From Okamejei kenojei (Eukaryota): 64,000 bases of DNA. The notes beneath the pieces were generated by a model, which worked only from the letters and a program-made list of their open reading frames with translations, had not been told where the DNA came from and searched no databases. The position numbers and the translations under genes are program-made. Where the stretch lies: assembly GCA_035221665.1 (NCBI GenBank), contig CM069135.1:68696001-68760000 (forward strand). Reading direction: 5' to 3'. Every line of letters starts with the position of its first letter. Position 1 is the first letter of the stretch. Below, one piece after another: positions 51,256 to 63,990 of this stretch.

Positions 51256-51599
51256 CTTTAGGTAGAGTGGAGGCGGTAGAGAGGTGTAAAAACGGGCCCC
51301 ACGCATTCTGAGACAAGTATTGTTTTTGTTCTCTCTTGCCAATAAATCTGATTTGTAACTGTACGGATGGTGAGCCTTTCCCTGTTCTACTAATCAGATC
51401 CTTGAACCTGTTCCCTTGTAAAAGCACCAAATGTTCCAGGTGTGGAGATCAGGAGTGTGACAAGACTGCAACATCTGTGTACCATGCAGAGTTTATCATG
51501 AAGCAGGCATTCCCATTCCTGATACCACCGTCATCCATGTGGTGGATAGAAAATGCCTTGGGCTGAAAATATGGGGGTGAGCCGTGACACCCACACCCA

Positions 51600-52190
51600 C
51601 GTGTGCTGTCTGAAATTCACACGGTACAAAGCCAAGGTGATACAGACACACACTGTGATGAACAGGAAGATTAACACGGCTAGCACAGTGTACGGTAAGT
51701 CCTTTAAAAGAGGGGGAGGAGAAGGAGTGGAGACACTTTTAAGAAGCCAGACAACTTTTAATAAACCAGTGATCCACAGCTGTGAAGTTTGGCGGGCATT
51801 TAAGATTACCGGTCGGTTATCCTTAGTTCTGAAAACTCGTGCTTACATTTTTTTTTCCCCAATTAGCCAATGAAAATGTCCGGTCAGCAAAGGCAATTAA
51901 CTAAAACTACCTACGACTACCTTGACCACCCATAACTACATGGCGACCCCACTACAACTGCACCTACGACTACAGGATTATTGATTTTCTCCCTGGTGAC
52001 CAATTTTTGGTCGCAGAAAAACTTTCAACATGTTGAAAAATTTGTGGCGACCATACTGAAACTAGTTCCCAGAATGCGGGAACTCCTCGTGACCATGAAG
52101 GAGACTCACCAGAGACCACCAGCGACCATGTGGCGAGCGCAGAGTTTCCTGCACTAGCATAAAAAGTCGCCTTAGTGGGACAGGCCCTTA
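51600..52190. mobile_element. Harbinger-like MITE, right end only
   Basis: Terminus agtgggacaggccc-tta resembles the TIR/TTA end of the element at 42604-44941. The left TIR was not found. Confidence 0.45.
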
Positions 52191-53524
52191 AGTCTTCTAT
52201 CGTGGTCAGAAGGATGATCATGAGGGGGTTGAGGGATTACATGCCAGACTCTTCAGTCTTTCTAAAAACCTTCCTGGAAACTAGGTTTTCAAGCACAAAG
52301 CCTCTATGTGCTGTGCCTGCAATGTGGGGGGCCGGGTCCACTAACATCGCAAGATCTGTTTTTCAATCAACCCCCTTTTGCCTGCAGATGTCAGCTTTGA
52401 AAGGTCAAAAGGTATGTATACATACGTTCTCCAGCATGCTGTGGTTGCCACTCTCCGGCAAACTTTCCACCTCTCACCTTAAACCTACAACTGTTAGGAA
52501 TTGACATTTCCACCTTAATGCTCTTTGAGGGCCCCAACTCCTCTTGTTCTTAATACTTATCAGCATCATGTTCTTCTCCTTGGTGAATACTGATGCAAAG
52601 TACATATTTATGATCTTGTCCAAGTCCTCTGGCTCCATGCATAAATCCCTATTTTGGACTTGAGTCTGCCTGCCCTTTCACTTGCTATCCTCTTGGTCCT
52701 AAAATGTAGAGAGTATCTTGGGATCTCCTCAATCCTACTTCCCAAGGACATTCTATAGACCATGGCAGCCCCCCTAACTCCTCGTTTAAGTTATTTCCTT
52801 ATTCCATTATATTCCTATATTTCTGCTCCCTAACCTCACTCAAGCTTCCATATTCTTTTTGACTAAATTTACAGTATTCTTTGCATTCCAAGTTCCCTAA
52901 TCTTGCTGACCTTATTGTTCATCCACAGGAACATGCCGATCATACAGCACAAAAACTGAAAGTCATGCATAGAGTCATGCAGTACGAAAACAGACTCTTA
53001 CTGTGCATGTATCCCTTTAAAGGCTGACTGCAGAAGTTGCAGCAGCAAATGTAGATGCTGGAAACTGAGGTATTGCATAGAACAATATTGTAGTGCATGC
53101 AGAAAACTGCATAACCTAAAGTTATGCAGTGATGTCCAACGACTACAGGATTAGGACTATTGGAAGATTGCAATAGCTATTTAGCTTTGAAGAATTATCT
53201 ATGGGTGATCACAACATTGTTTCAAAGTTCTTTAATATCACGTGTACCAATTAAGGTACACAGATATTCGAATTTAACATTACTAAGACATATTAAACCA
53301 ATTTCTAGAGTACAGTAGTGTTGCAGAGGAATGCCAAAATGAAGTACACAAAACAAGGTTAAGAATTTTGCACGCCTTTGGAATAGTTAAAGCAATTTCA
53401 AGGTTGTATTTTGTCTGCAGTCACCAGAGCTAATCCTGTGTCTTATCTACACTCACCAGTACTGGCAGGGTTTATGTCTGCATGCTGCAGTGATAGCACT
53501 ATGTGTTGCAGACCTCCTGGGTAT

Positions 53525-53675
53525 TTACATTTTGTTGCCTGAAGTCCAGCATGCTGTGTGTTCTTTGATCTCAGCAGTGATTGTGCTCAATGTCAGATGA
53601 ACCCTTGTTTGCATGGAGCTGTGGCTGAATTCGGGAATGTAGTGCTGGGTGTTTCTGATCTTGGGAGCTTTGGTA
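53525..53675 (-). CDS. Putative last coding exon of an unidentified upstream gene
   Basis: Acceptor ttttattttatggacatAG. Phase-2 junction with the exon at 54891 gives ...KTTSTKAPKIRNTQHYIPEFSHSSMQTRVHLTLSTITAEIKEHTACWTSGNKM*. Confidence 0.5.
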
Positions 53676-54011
53676 CTATGTCCATAAAATAAAACATGTA
53701 TCTTCTTTTTGATTGCTAACTGTGAAATCTCACAGACAGAGTGAAGCTCCTCCCCAACGTCCCGACCCTTCATACACAGAGTGAAGCTGCCTCCACGTCC
53801 TGTCCCGTCGCACATATAGAATGGTCTCTCACCTTGGCATTTAATTAAATTATACACTTTAATTATTATCATAGATTTTAATCATTAAGTGGTTGTGAAG
53901 AAAATATAATCACATTATCTTTCCTGACTCATCACAAATTGTACTTTTTCGATAATGTTAAAATTCTTGTTTTGATCCTCGACTTTCTGACCCAAAGACC
54001 TGTCAGTGAGG

Positions 54012-54589
54012 GTACACAAAAGGCTGGAGAAACTCAGCGGGTGCAGCAGCATCTAAGGAGCGAAGGAGATAGGCGACGTTTCGGGTCGAGACCCTTCTTC
54101 AGACTGGTCAGGGATCAGGGAAACGAGAGATATAGACGGTGATGTGGAGAGATAAGGAACAATGAATGAAAGATATGCAAAAAAGTATCGATGATAAAGG
54201 GAACAAGCCATTGTAAGCTGTTTGTGGTGTGAAAATGAGAAGCTGGTGCGACTGGGGTGGGGGAGGGAGATAGAGATAGAGGGAATGCCAGGGCCCGAGG
54301 GCTGAGGGAGAGGTGGGAAGGGGAGGAGACAGCAAGGGTTAACAGAATTGAGAAAATTCAATGTTCAAGCCCAGAGGATGCAGACTCCCCAAGCGGAATA
54401 TGAGGTGCTGTTCCTCCAGATCACCGTCTATATCTCTCGTTTCCCTGATTCCTGACCAGTCTGAAGAAGGGTCTCGACCCGAAACGTCGCCTATCTCCTT
54501 CGCTCCTTAGATGCTGCTGCACCCGCTGAGTTTCTCCAGCCTTTTGTGTACCCTCGATTCTCCAGCATCTGCAGTTCCTTCTTTAACAC
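54012..54589. mobile_element. Penelope pLTR inverted-repeat mini-element with two intact hammerhead-like cores
   Basis: 15-bp TSD gacctgtc(a/g)gtgagg at 53997-54011 and 54590-54604. Inverted arm 54012-54418 and direct arm 54419-54589. Near-identical to the arms at 13294 and 14740. Confidence 0.9.
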
Positions 54590-54890
54590 GACCTGTCGGT
54601 GAGGATAGATGACAACAGCTCCTCCACATTACCTCACAACAGCAATGTCCTGGGATGTATCCTCTGTTCCCTATCATACTCGTTTTACAAATTCACAGAT
54701 GACACCACCATGGTGCTCTGAATCACGAATAAAAAAGAGACAGCAAAAATGGGGTTAGGATAGAATGACAGATCAGCCATGATTGAATGGGGGAGCAGAC
54801 TTGTTGGGCCAAATCTGCTCATATCAATTATGATCTCATGAAAGCTCAATAATCTCCTCTGTTCATATACTCTTAAGCATCATTTGTTAC

Positions 54891-55045
54891 CTGGTGGTTT
54901 TGCCACTTTTGAACGGTTGCTGCTGCCCGTTTTCATGCATCCTTAAATGCAATGGTTTGTGATAATTTTCTCTTCTTTTATGATCTTCATCTTCTCTTGA
55001 GTTCTTCTTAGCAATTAGTTGTGAACATGATTTAATTTCCAGAAT
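54891..55045 (-). CDS. Putative internal coding exon of an unidentified upstream gene
   Basis: Acceptor ctttgttttagcatAG and donor CAG|GTAACA. Only one frame is open: ILEIKSCSQLIAKKNSREDEDHKRRENYHKPLHLRMHENGQQQPFKSGKTT. Confidence 0.6.
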
Positions 55046-55325
55046 CTATGCTAAAACAAAGGTAATATCTTACTACTGTAGATATTTAAAGTAAAATCTT
55101 GGTTATGCTGATCATGATCCCAGCAGAAATGTATTTCTGATATTTTCAGATTCTATGCCTTCAGGGAAGGTAGAACATTTTCATTAGGCTCAGTTGTTGA
55201 AACAGATGTCTATATAATACTCTTTTATTTGCAGGCATCCGTGACATTTCTATAGTATAATCTGCAATAATGTGCTTTTACAAAGTTGTAGATCTTTAGC
55301 TGGTTTTAGCCTTTTCAAAATGATG

Positions 55326-56449
55326 CTAGACCAAATGGGACCCGTTGGGTCCTGTCCCCTCAGGTTGCAGGAAGGGGGGGGGGGTGGCCGTTGGCGNNNN
55401 NNNNNNNNNNNNNNNNNNNNNNNNNNNNNNNNNNNNNNNNNNNNNNNNNNNNNNNNNNNNNNNNNNNNNNNNNNNNNNNNNNNNNNNNNNNNNNNNNNNN
55501 NNNNNNNNNNNNNNNNNNNNNNNNNNNNNNNNNNNNNNNNNNNNNNNNNNNNNNNNNNNNNNNNNNNNNNNNNNNNNNNNNNNNNNNNNNNNNNNNNNNN
55601 NNNNNNNNNNNNNNNNNNNNNNNNNNNNNNNNNNNNNNNNNNNNNNNNNNNNNNNNNNNNNNNNNNNNNNNNCTAACCACCCCCTTGATATTATATTAAC
55701 ATTATTAATTCGCTCCTTTTACCCCATCCCCGCCTTATCCACTCACACATAGCCCCCAACTCGCAGGCGCGGCTAGAGGGGGAGAGGGAGAGAGGGCAGG
55801 GGCAGAGAGAGGGCAGAGGGTGCGCAGGGGCAGAGGGGAGGCAGGGGCAGAGGGCAGAGACAGGGCAGGGACAGAGGGCAGAGGCAGAGAGGGAGTGGGG
55901 GAGGGGGCAGAGCTGGGGGGGGGCAGAGAGGGAGCGGGAGTGGGAGGGGGCAGAGAGGGAGCGGGGGGCAGAGAGGGAGGGGGGTAGAGTTTGATGGGTG
56001 GCTGGTTCCTGAACGCAATACTCCCTCGCTGCAGGCTCTGCTTCTGCCCAGGTCCAGGTCCAGTCACTGGGCTCGGCCTGCGGCAGCAACCTACCAACCA
56101 TGCGCCGACCCAGGGCGCGTGACTTCCTTGTTCTTTCTGCCTCTTTTGAATAGGGGTGATGTCACTTTCAGCGCGAAGAAGATGGCACGCGGAGCAGACC
56201 CATTGTGACGTCATCTGCGAAAGACAATTGTTTTTAAATTCAAAGTTTTGTCAGATTTTTGAACATTTTCAGTAATAACTCGAGAAATAAAGTATGACAT
56301 TTTCAGATAAGGCGATTTTGGAATCCGCAGGAGAAATGTCTATTGAAATATGTAAATTTTTTATCGTCACCACGTCGTTTTTTCGCGAAGATGTGATTAC
56401 ACACAAACAAATAAATACACATCCAAGATCAGAGTATTATAAGTATAGA
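55326..56449 (-). mobile_element. Non-autonomous Helitron (contains an N gap and a GA-rich tract)
   Basis: Minus-strand 5' end TCtatacttataatactctgatcttgg resembles the start of 45281. 3' hairpin ggacccaacgggtcc is followed by CTAG. The flanking A/T rule is not met. Confidence 0.65.
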
Positions 56450-59400
56450 ATGGCTCCTGTGGAACATTATTAGCACATAGAATGCAACTTCAGATGGTAA
56501 ATCTGAATTAATATAATTTATTTAATTTGTTTTCTTTTAACTCAACTGTCTAATTTATAGCATAGCTACAAGGTTTGGTTTCCTAAATGCAGTAGCAGTT
56601 ATGTTGGAAATCCATGTGGCACAATCTCAGAAATATTAAAGGGCCGTTCAAAAGATGGAATTTGGACGATCTGCCTCAATTTACCTATGGCCACAACTCT
56701 TTGACCTTCTAAGAATATAGAGGCATGATTACATCTATCTGTGAGGACAGATCATCTGAGATGTGAACACCAGGAATTTGAAACTGCTAACTCTCTCCAC
56801 CATCGTCCCACCAACTATAAATGAGACACTTTGGCTCACTTTCAGATCAATACCAAGGAAAATAAAGTGGTTGGTAGCTAAGAATGGTGCCTATGATGGC
56901 TTTTGAAAGCAAAGGCCTTGGTCTTCCCAATGTTTAGTTAGGGGGATCCACTGTTGAATCTTAGACAAATAATTTGACCGGGCAGGGTGTCGGTGAGATG
57001 GGCTGGCACCATTATTGTAGATGCAGAAATGGATGCAGATATTGTTTTGATGATATTGCTGAGGGGTATCTTTGATGATAGATAGGAATGGACTGAACAT
57101 AAGTCCTGAAGAGACAACAGAGATAATAATGTGGGTTAGGGAACCGAGCTATTGCTGCTGAGACAGTTTAAATGAGAAAGGGTCAAACATGTTCCACCCA
57201 GCTGGATGATTCTGAAGAACCTTTGGAGGAGAACTGTGTTGTCAAGTGTATCAAACACTGGATTCAGATCAAGAAAGCCAGCATAGGATTTTTCATGCGA
57301 AACCATAAATTAGTGAAAGTCCCAGAGCTGCTTTTTGTTTGGCAGTGAAGGATGACTATTTCCCTGTTATCACAACAGCAAAACTATCTGATCATAATCA
57401 CTTTTCAATTTTGGGGACCTATTGTGTGTAAATTGTACTGTGGACTTTGCTTACATTCTAACAGTAATTAGATTTCATCAGTACTCCATCACTACAAATA
57501 TCTTGGGATATTTTCAGCTGTTATATATAGACTGATTTATTATCATGATAGGAAATGGAGCATGGGTCTCAAGGACGATTTTTTGTTTAATTCTCAAAAA
57601 TAGCGTTTAAAAGAAAAGTACAGTGTTCGTTCCTAATGGGCTTAAAATGTGTTAGGAGTGCTGTGAGACCCATACAGGACATATGGAAACAAAACATTGA
57701 ATTGAGAATCTGGATTATGGCCAGGTTAATAGCATAGGATTTGCTTAGACTGAAGATCTGATGACAAATAGACACTATCGAAGGGATTTGAAAAAATCAT
57801 AATCTCTTGTGTAATTTGTTTACAGACAAAATTCCAACAAATCTTTAAGCCACACAACTGCACTGCTCCCAAATTATTTGCTTTGCTGGAGATGAATGTG
57901 AATGAAATGGAATCTTGTTTTTTGATCGCTGATTAATGTCTTATGCCCTTGCCATTTTATTTACTTTTAAAAATTGTTTTGATTGAATAAATGAACCGCA
58001 GAAACTGCCATGTTAACCGTTCAGCATAAAGAGGTTCAACCTCGTTAGTGTAAACAGCTTTAATATTCTAGGGTACTGATTATATTCTGGTTTGAACCAA
58101 CGAAACGTAAACAAATCAGTTCGGCATCCTAACGTTCAAATTTTTTTTAAATTGCATTTGTTTTTTTATTGGGAAGACCTCTGGGAAATTCTGGAGTTTT
58201 GCTCTGATGCCCCTGGACATAGTATCTCTAATGTCAACATAAATCAACAGCCATGTCTACTATCAGGTTCAACTGTCTGCTCAATGGTTAAATTGTGGCG
58301 ATTGTAATGTGGTATTATTTTGGATTTATTAACACTGATTCAAATTAAAACGTTAAATGGAAAATTTACGAATAAATTGGCTTTCTAATTTAGTACCAGT
58401 GATAGGTGTACCCAGTGCAATTTTAATTATCCGGTATCCCTTTATTGCCTGTTGCTAAACAAGATTTTCTTTGTAAATACAATGTTTTATGTACAGATTA
58501 TTCTGCAGGTTAAATTCTCCTCATTGGTAAACAAAATTGGTAAGGAGCCAACCACTCTAAAGATAATGTTTTTGGGGGAAAAAAAGCAAGAAGAAATGTT
58601 ACGATAGCAAGAAGTAATAAAACAACTAAACACCTTAAAATAAATTGAGCATCGAGATAATGCGAAATGATCAGCTGTAACTGGGGTGCAAATGCAATGG
58701 GATTAAATAGCTACATTAATTGTGGCATTATGATGTTTAAATAAATTGGTTTAATTCTTAGATATCATTGTTTTGGATCTCTAACCGCAATAACAATCTT
58801 TCAGGTTACAGACTCCCAACAAACTGTCCTCTTTAATGTTGTCCTGGTGTATTGATATATATTCTTCACTGTCTGGCCAGTTACAGTTTCACAATCCACC
58901 AGGTGTGCCACACAATTGGCAGCCCCGCCAACAGTCTGTCTGTTTTTTTCGTCTTTTTAATTTTTTTAAATTGTGTGTTAAAAGTCCGTGTAAATGTTCT
59001 CCGGTTATGTGGGGGTAGGGGGTAACTTTTTTTCAGTTTCTTACCTTGCCGGAGATGCGATTATTTTCTGGATCGCATCTCTGGTCGCTCTGCGGCCAAC
59101 CATCGATGGAGCTGGAGGCCTCCTCAGACTGACCTTGAGCTTAATTGCGGGGTTTGGACTTAACATCAGAGCCGAACACTTGCCTGGGATCGCTCCAACC
59201 ACGGCCTGTGGACTTTACCATCGTGACTTGCAGTCTCTCGAGAGGAAAGTAGGGATCTCCAGCGACGCAGAGGCTCGACCGGCCTCGACGTGAGGTCCGA
59301 TCGCTGGCGGGTGGGAACTGACATCTCCCCGATGTAGGAGCTGATCATCCCGACATGGAGGGCCCAAACACAGCTGGCTGTGGGAGTCAAGAACACAGAA

Positions 59401-59763
59401 TGTAGGATGAATTTCCCCACCCAACATCCCCCACCCCCCCTCACCCACCATGGACTCCATGTGTAGCAAAAACAAGTTTTTCTTCAATTGACAGGGACAT
59501 GGGCCAATCAGAAGGTGCAAAGTTGACAATAGACTAAAGGTAGATAAAAATGCTGGAGAAACTCAGTGGGTGAGGCAGCATCTATGGAGCGAAGGAATAG
59601 GTGACATTTCGGTTCGAGACCCTTCAACAGACTATGATGGCAGTGAGAAGGGAGCCAATAATCATCGGGCCAGGAGCCGTGGGACGATGCAGCTTTTACC
59701 AAGGAGCACCCAGCCATTTAGCAAATAACAGGGTGCGACAGGGCTGAATGGAGATGCTTTGAA

Positions 59764-62700
59764 TAGGTATGTTACAAAACTTCTGTCACTGGCCGTGTGT
59801 GCGACTTTGGCGCCTTTGAGGGGGGGGGGGGGGGGTGCAGTTAAAATGCAGTTTTCCCCTGCCTTCCAGAGTTTTATTTTCTTGGGGTGCGAGCTTTTGC
59901 TGAAGATTCGTTCCGACTGCCGATTTGTGAATTTTTTTTTTTTTTTAATCGCCCAACTATTTCAGTGCTGGAGTAAATTAAAAATTAGCTTCTAATGCCA
60001 TGAACGTAGGGGACAAGGTAAAGGAAAGCCGTTTATTTTTACATATAAACGTGCTTCTTAAGATGACCTTAATCCAAATTTTATGTTGCGAAATGGTGAT
60101 TTATTCCCCATACGAGCCGGCAGTATTTTTCCTGCCGATATGGGTTTTAAATTCACTGCACCCACAACGTTCCAATAGATCATGTTCCATAAAATCCCAC
60201 TCGCTTGCTGATTTATGCGAATTAAACACTAAATTCCTTCAATTTGGCCTAAAAATTCATGACAATGAGATTTAAAAATCATGTTATATTGTGAATTCTT
60301 GTGTGAATGTTATTTGGACACTTAGGCTATTTAAAAATATTTATATTTTCTTAAGAAATGGATAGATGTTTAGATCTAGTAATTGAATTTTGTAATTAGC
60401 TACAATTGGGTAACTAATTAATTATATGCTTTAATTTCAGGTCATCCAAGTAAGATTGTTTCATATTTGTTTCAGAATGCTTAAATCTATAATAACTGAA
60501 AATGTCTTTCAGTTCTCTTAATATTTAAGAAAGTTATGGGCTTTGAACTGTCCTCGATCACAGCTTTTGTGTTGTGTTGTGTTTGTGTTGTGGATATGCA
60601 ATGGAAGGCATTTAAAGACTGCATGGATGAACTACAACAATTGTTCATCCCAGTATGGCAAAAGAATAAATCGGGGAAGGTAGCGCATCCGTGGATAACA
60701 AGTGAAATCAGGGATAGTATCAAAGCAAAAGATGAAGCGTACAAATTAGCCAGAAAAAGCAGCCTACCAGGAGACTGGGAGAAATTCAGAGACCAACAGA
60801 GGAGGACAAAGGGCATAATTAGGAAAGGGAAAATGGATTATGAAAGAAAACTGACAGGAAACATAAAAACTGACTGCAAAAGTTTTTATCGATATGTGAA
60901 GCGAAAAAGATTAGTAAAAACAAATGTAGGTCCCTTGCAGTCAGAAACGGGTGAATTGATCATGGGGAACAAGGACATGGCAGACCAATTGAATAACTAC
61001 TTTGGTTCTGTCTTCACTAAGGAAAACATAAATAATTTGCCGGAAATAGCAGTGGATCGCGGGTCAAATGAGATGGAGGAACTGAATGAAATCCAGGTTA
61101 GCCGGAAAGTGGTGTTAGGTAAATTGAATGGATTAACGGCCAATAAATCCCCAGGGCCAGATAGGCTGCATCCCAGGGTACTTAAGGAAGTAGCCCCAGA
61201 AATAGCAGATGCCTTAATGATAATTTTTCAAAACTCTTTAGATTCTGGAGTAGTTCCTGAGGATTGGAGGGTAGCTAATGTAACCCCACTTTTTAAAAAG
61301 GGAGGGAGAGAGAAAACGGGGAATTACAGACCAGTTAGTCTAACATTGGTAGTGGGGAAACTGCTAGAGTCGGTTATTAAAGATGGGATAGTAGCGAATT
61401 TGGAAAGTGGTGAAATCATTGGACAAAGTCAGCATGGATTTACGAAAGGTAAATCATGTCTGACGAATCTTATTGAATTTTTTGAGGATGTAACTAGTAG
61501 AGTGGATAAGGGAGAAGCAGTGGATGTGTTATATCTGGACTTTCAGAAGGCTTTCAACAAAGTCCCACACAAGAGATAGGTATACAAACTTAAAGCACAC
61601 GGTATTGGTGGTTCAGTATTGATGTGGATAGAGAACTGGCTGGCAGACAGGAAGCAACGAGTAGGAGTGAACGGGTCCTTTTCAGGATGGCAGGCAGTGA
61701 CTAGTGGGGTGCCGTAAGGCTCAGTGCTGGGACCCCAGCTATTTACAATATACATTAATGATTTGGACGAGGGAATTAAATGCAACATCTCGAAGTTTGC
61801 GGATGACACGAAGCTGGGGGGCAGTGTTAGCTGTGAGGAGGATGCTAGGATGCTGCAGGATGACTTGGATAGTCTGGGTGAGTGGGCAAATGCATGGCAG
61901 ATGCAGTATATTGTGGATAAATGTGAGGTTATCCACTTTGGTGGCAAAAACAGGAAAGTATACTATTATTTGAATGGTGACCGATTAGGAAAAGAGGCGA
62001 TGCAACGAGACCTGGGTGTCATGGTCCACCAGTCATTGAAAATAGGCATGCAGGTGCAGCAGGCTGTGAAGAAAGTGAATGGTATGTTGGCATTCATAGC
62101 AAAAGGATTTGAGTACAAGAGCAGGGAGGTTCTACTGCAGTTGTAAGGGTCTTGGTGAGGCCACACCTGGAGTATTGCGTACAGTTTTGGTCTCCTAATC
62201 TGAGGAAAGACATTCTTGCCATAGAGGGAGTACAGAGAAGGTTCACCAGACTGATTCCTGGGATGGCACGACTTCCATATGAAGAAAGATTGGATGGACT
62301 TCGGCTTGTATTCGCTGGAATTTAGAAGATTGAGGGGTGATCTCATGGAGACTTACAAAATTCTTAAGGAGTTGGACAGGCTAGATGCAGGAAAAGATTG
62401 TTCCCCGATGTTTGGGGAAGTCCAGGACAAGGGGTCACAGTTTAAGGATAAGGGGGAAGTCTTTTAGGACCGAGATGAGAAAATCGTTTTTCACACAGAG
62501 TGGTGAATCTGTGGAATTCTCTGCCACAGAAGGTAGTTGAGGCCAGTTCGTTGGCCATATTTAAGAGGGAGTTGGATGTGGCCCTAGTGGCTGAAGGGAT
62601 CAGGGGGTATGGAGAGAAGGCAGGTACAGGATACTGAGTTGGATGATCAGCCATGATCATATTGAATGGCGGTGCAGGCCCGATGGGCGGAATGGCCTGC

Positions 62701-62917
62701 TCCTGTACCTAATTTCTATGTTTCTATGTTTCTAGGTGTTAAGTCAATGGAAAAGCAATAGGGAACAAGATGCTAATTTCCGAGTATGAAAATGGCCATA
62801 ACTTTTTTAATACTGAAGATATGAAAGTGAATTAGGTGTCAAATTAAACTTTATGCTTTATCTGATGGGATAAATTGCAGACTTGATTTTTAAAATCTCA
62901 AAATTGTAATATTGCTA
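59764..62917. mobile_element. Probable non-autonomous DNA transposon hosting a CR1 insertion
   Basis: Imperfect TIR taggtatgttacaa / ttgtaatattgcta. Flanks ctttgaa / ctttaaa may be a TSD. Confidence 0.45.
60590..62734 (+). mobile_element. CR1 (HER1-like) LINE, 5'-truncated, RT region largely intact
   Basis: ORFs 60536-61579 and 61724-62146 with [37 protein letters not shown]. Tail (tttctatg)n at 62713-62734. Confidence 0.95.
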
Positions 62918-62939
62918 CTTTAAAGAGCAAGGGGGGGGG

Positions 62940-63990
62940 AGATCACTGATATGCGATTGGATCCTGAACTTTCTGACGGAGCGACCGCAGGCAGTGAGAC
63001 TGGGCCCGCACCTGTCCTCCACTATCACCCTGAGCACTGGCACACCACAGGGCTGTGTACTGAGCCCCATGCTCTACTCCCTCTTCACTCACGACTGTGT
63101 CCCTGCATTTGACGACGACACCATTGTCAAGTTTGCAGACGACACAACGGTGATCGGGCTGATCACCAACGGTGATGAAACAAACTATAGAGCGGAGGTG
63201 CAGAACCTGGCGGACTGGTGCGCACGGAACAACTTGTCGCTAAACACCTCCAAGACCAAGGAGGTGATTATCGACTTCAGGAGGTCGCAGAATGGGGAAT
63301 ACGCCCCAATCTCCATCTAAGGAGACAGTGTGGAGAGAGTGTCCAGCTTCAAGTTTCTGGGCACTCACATCTCAGAGGACCTCACATGGTCCACTAGCAC
63401 CGCTGCGCTGGTCAAAAAGGCACAGCAACGACTGTTCTTCCTAAGAACATTGAAACGGACTCGTCTGCCCCAACAGCTGTTGACGACCTTCTACCGCTGC
63501 ACCACAGAGAGCATACTAACGTTTGGCATCTCTGTGTGGTATCTCAGCTGCACGGAGGCGGAGAGGAGAGCTCTTCAGAGCGTTGTCCACAGAGCGCAAC
63601 AGATTATTAGGACACCGCTACCAACCTTGGAGGGCATCTACCACACACGGTGCCTCAGGAAGGCCGTCAGCATACATAAAGACTCCTCTCACCCTTGTAA
63701 TGGACTGTTCGAACTACTCCCTTCCGGCAGACGTTACAAGACCTTCTACGACCGCACCTCCAGACTCAGGAACAGCTTCATTCCCAGAGCTATAGCGGCT
63801 CTGAACCGGCCCCGCTGAGTACCCTCCCCCCCCCCCCCCCCCCCCCACCACCCCCACCCAGCCCCATGGACTGTCTCCCCCGGCCTCGCACTTTAGTCTG
63901 TGTTGAATCTACTGGTCTAATGTTCATTTTTACAAACCTTGTTCTCAAGATATTTAAACCTAAATTTTATTTGTCGATTAAGTTATGACA
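62940..63990 (+). mobile_element. Rex1/Babar LINE, 5'-truncated
   Basis: [79 protein letters not shown]. One in-frame stop at ~63320. Confidence 0.93.

Noticed and set aside
50638-51430. Long Pro/Ser-rich and Gly/Arg-rich ORFs (210-234 aa)
   Set aside because: Translations of the G/A low-complexity tract; no splice or domain support.
55691-56214. Pro/Ser/Leu-rich minus-strand ORFs
   Set aside because: GA-rich tract inside the Helitron-like element.
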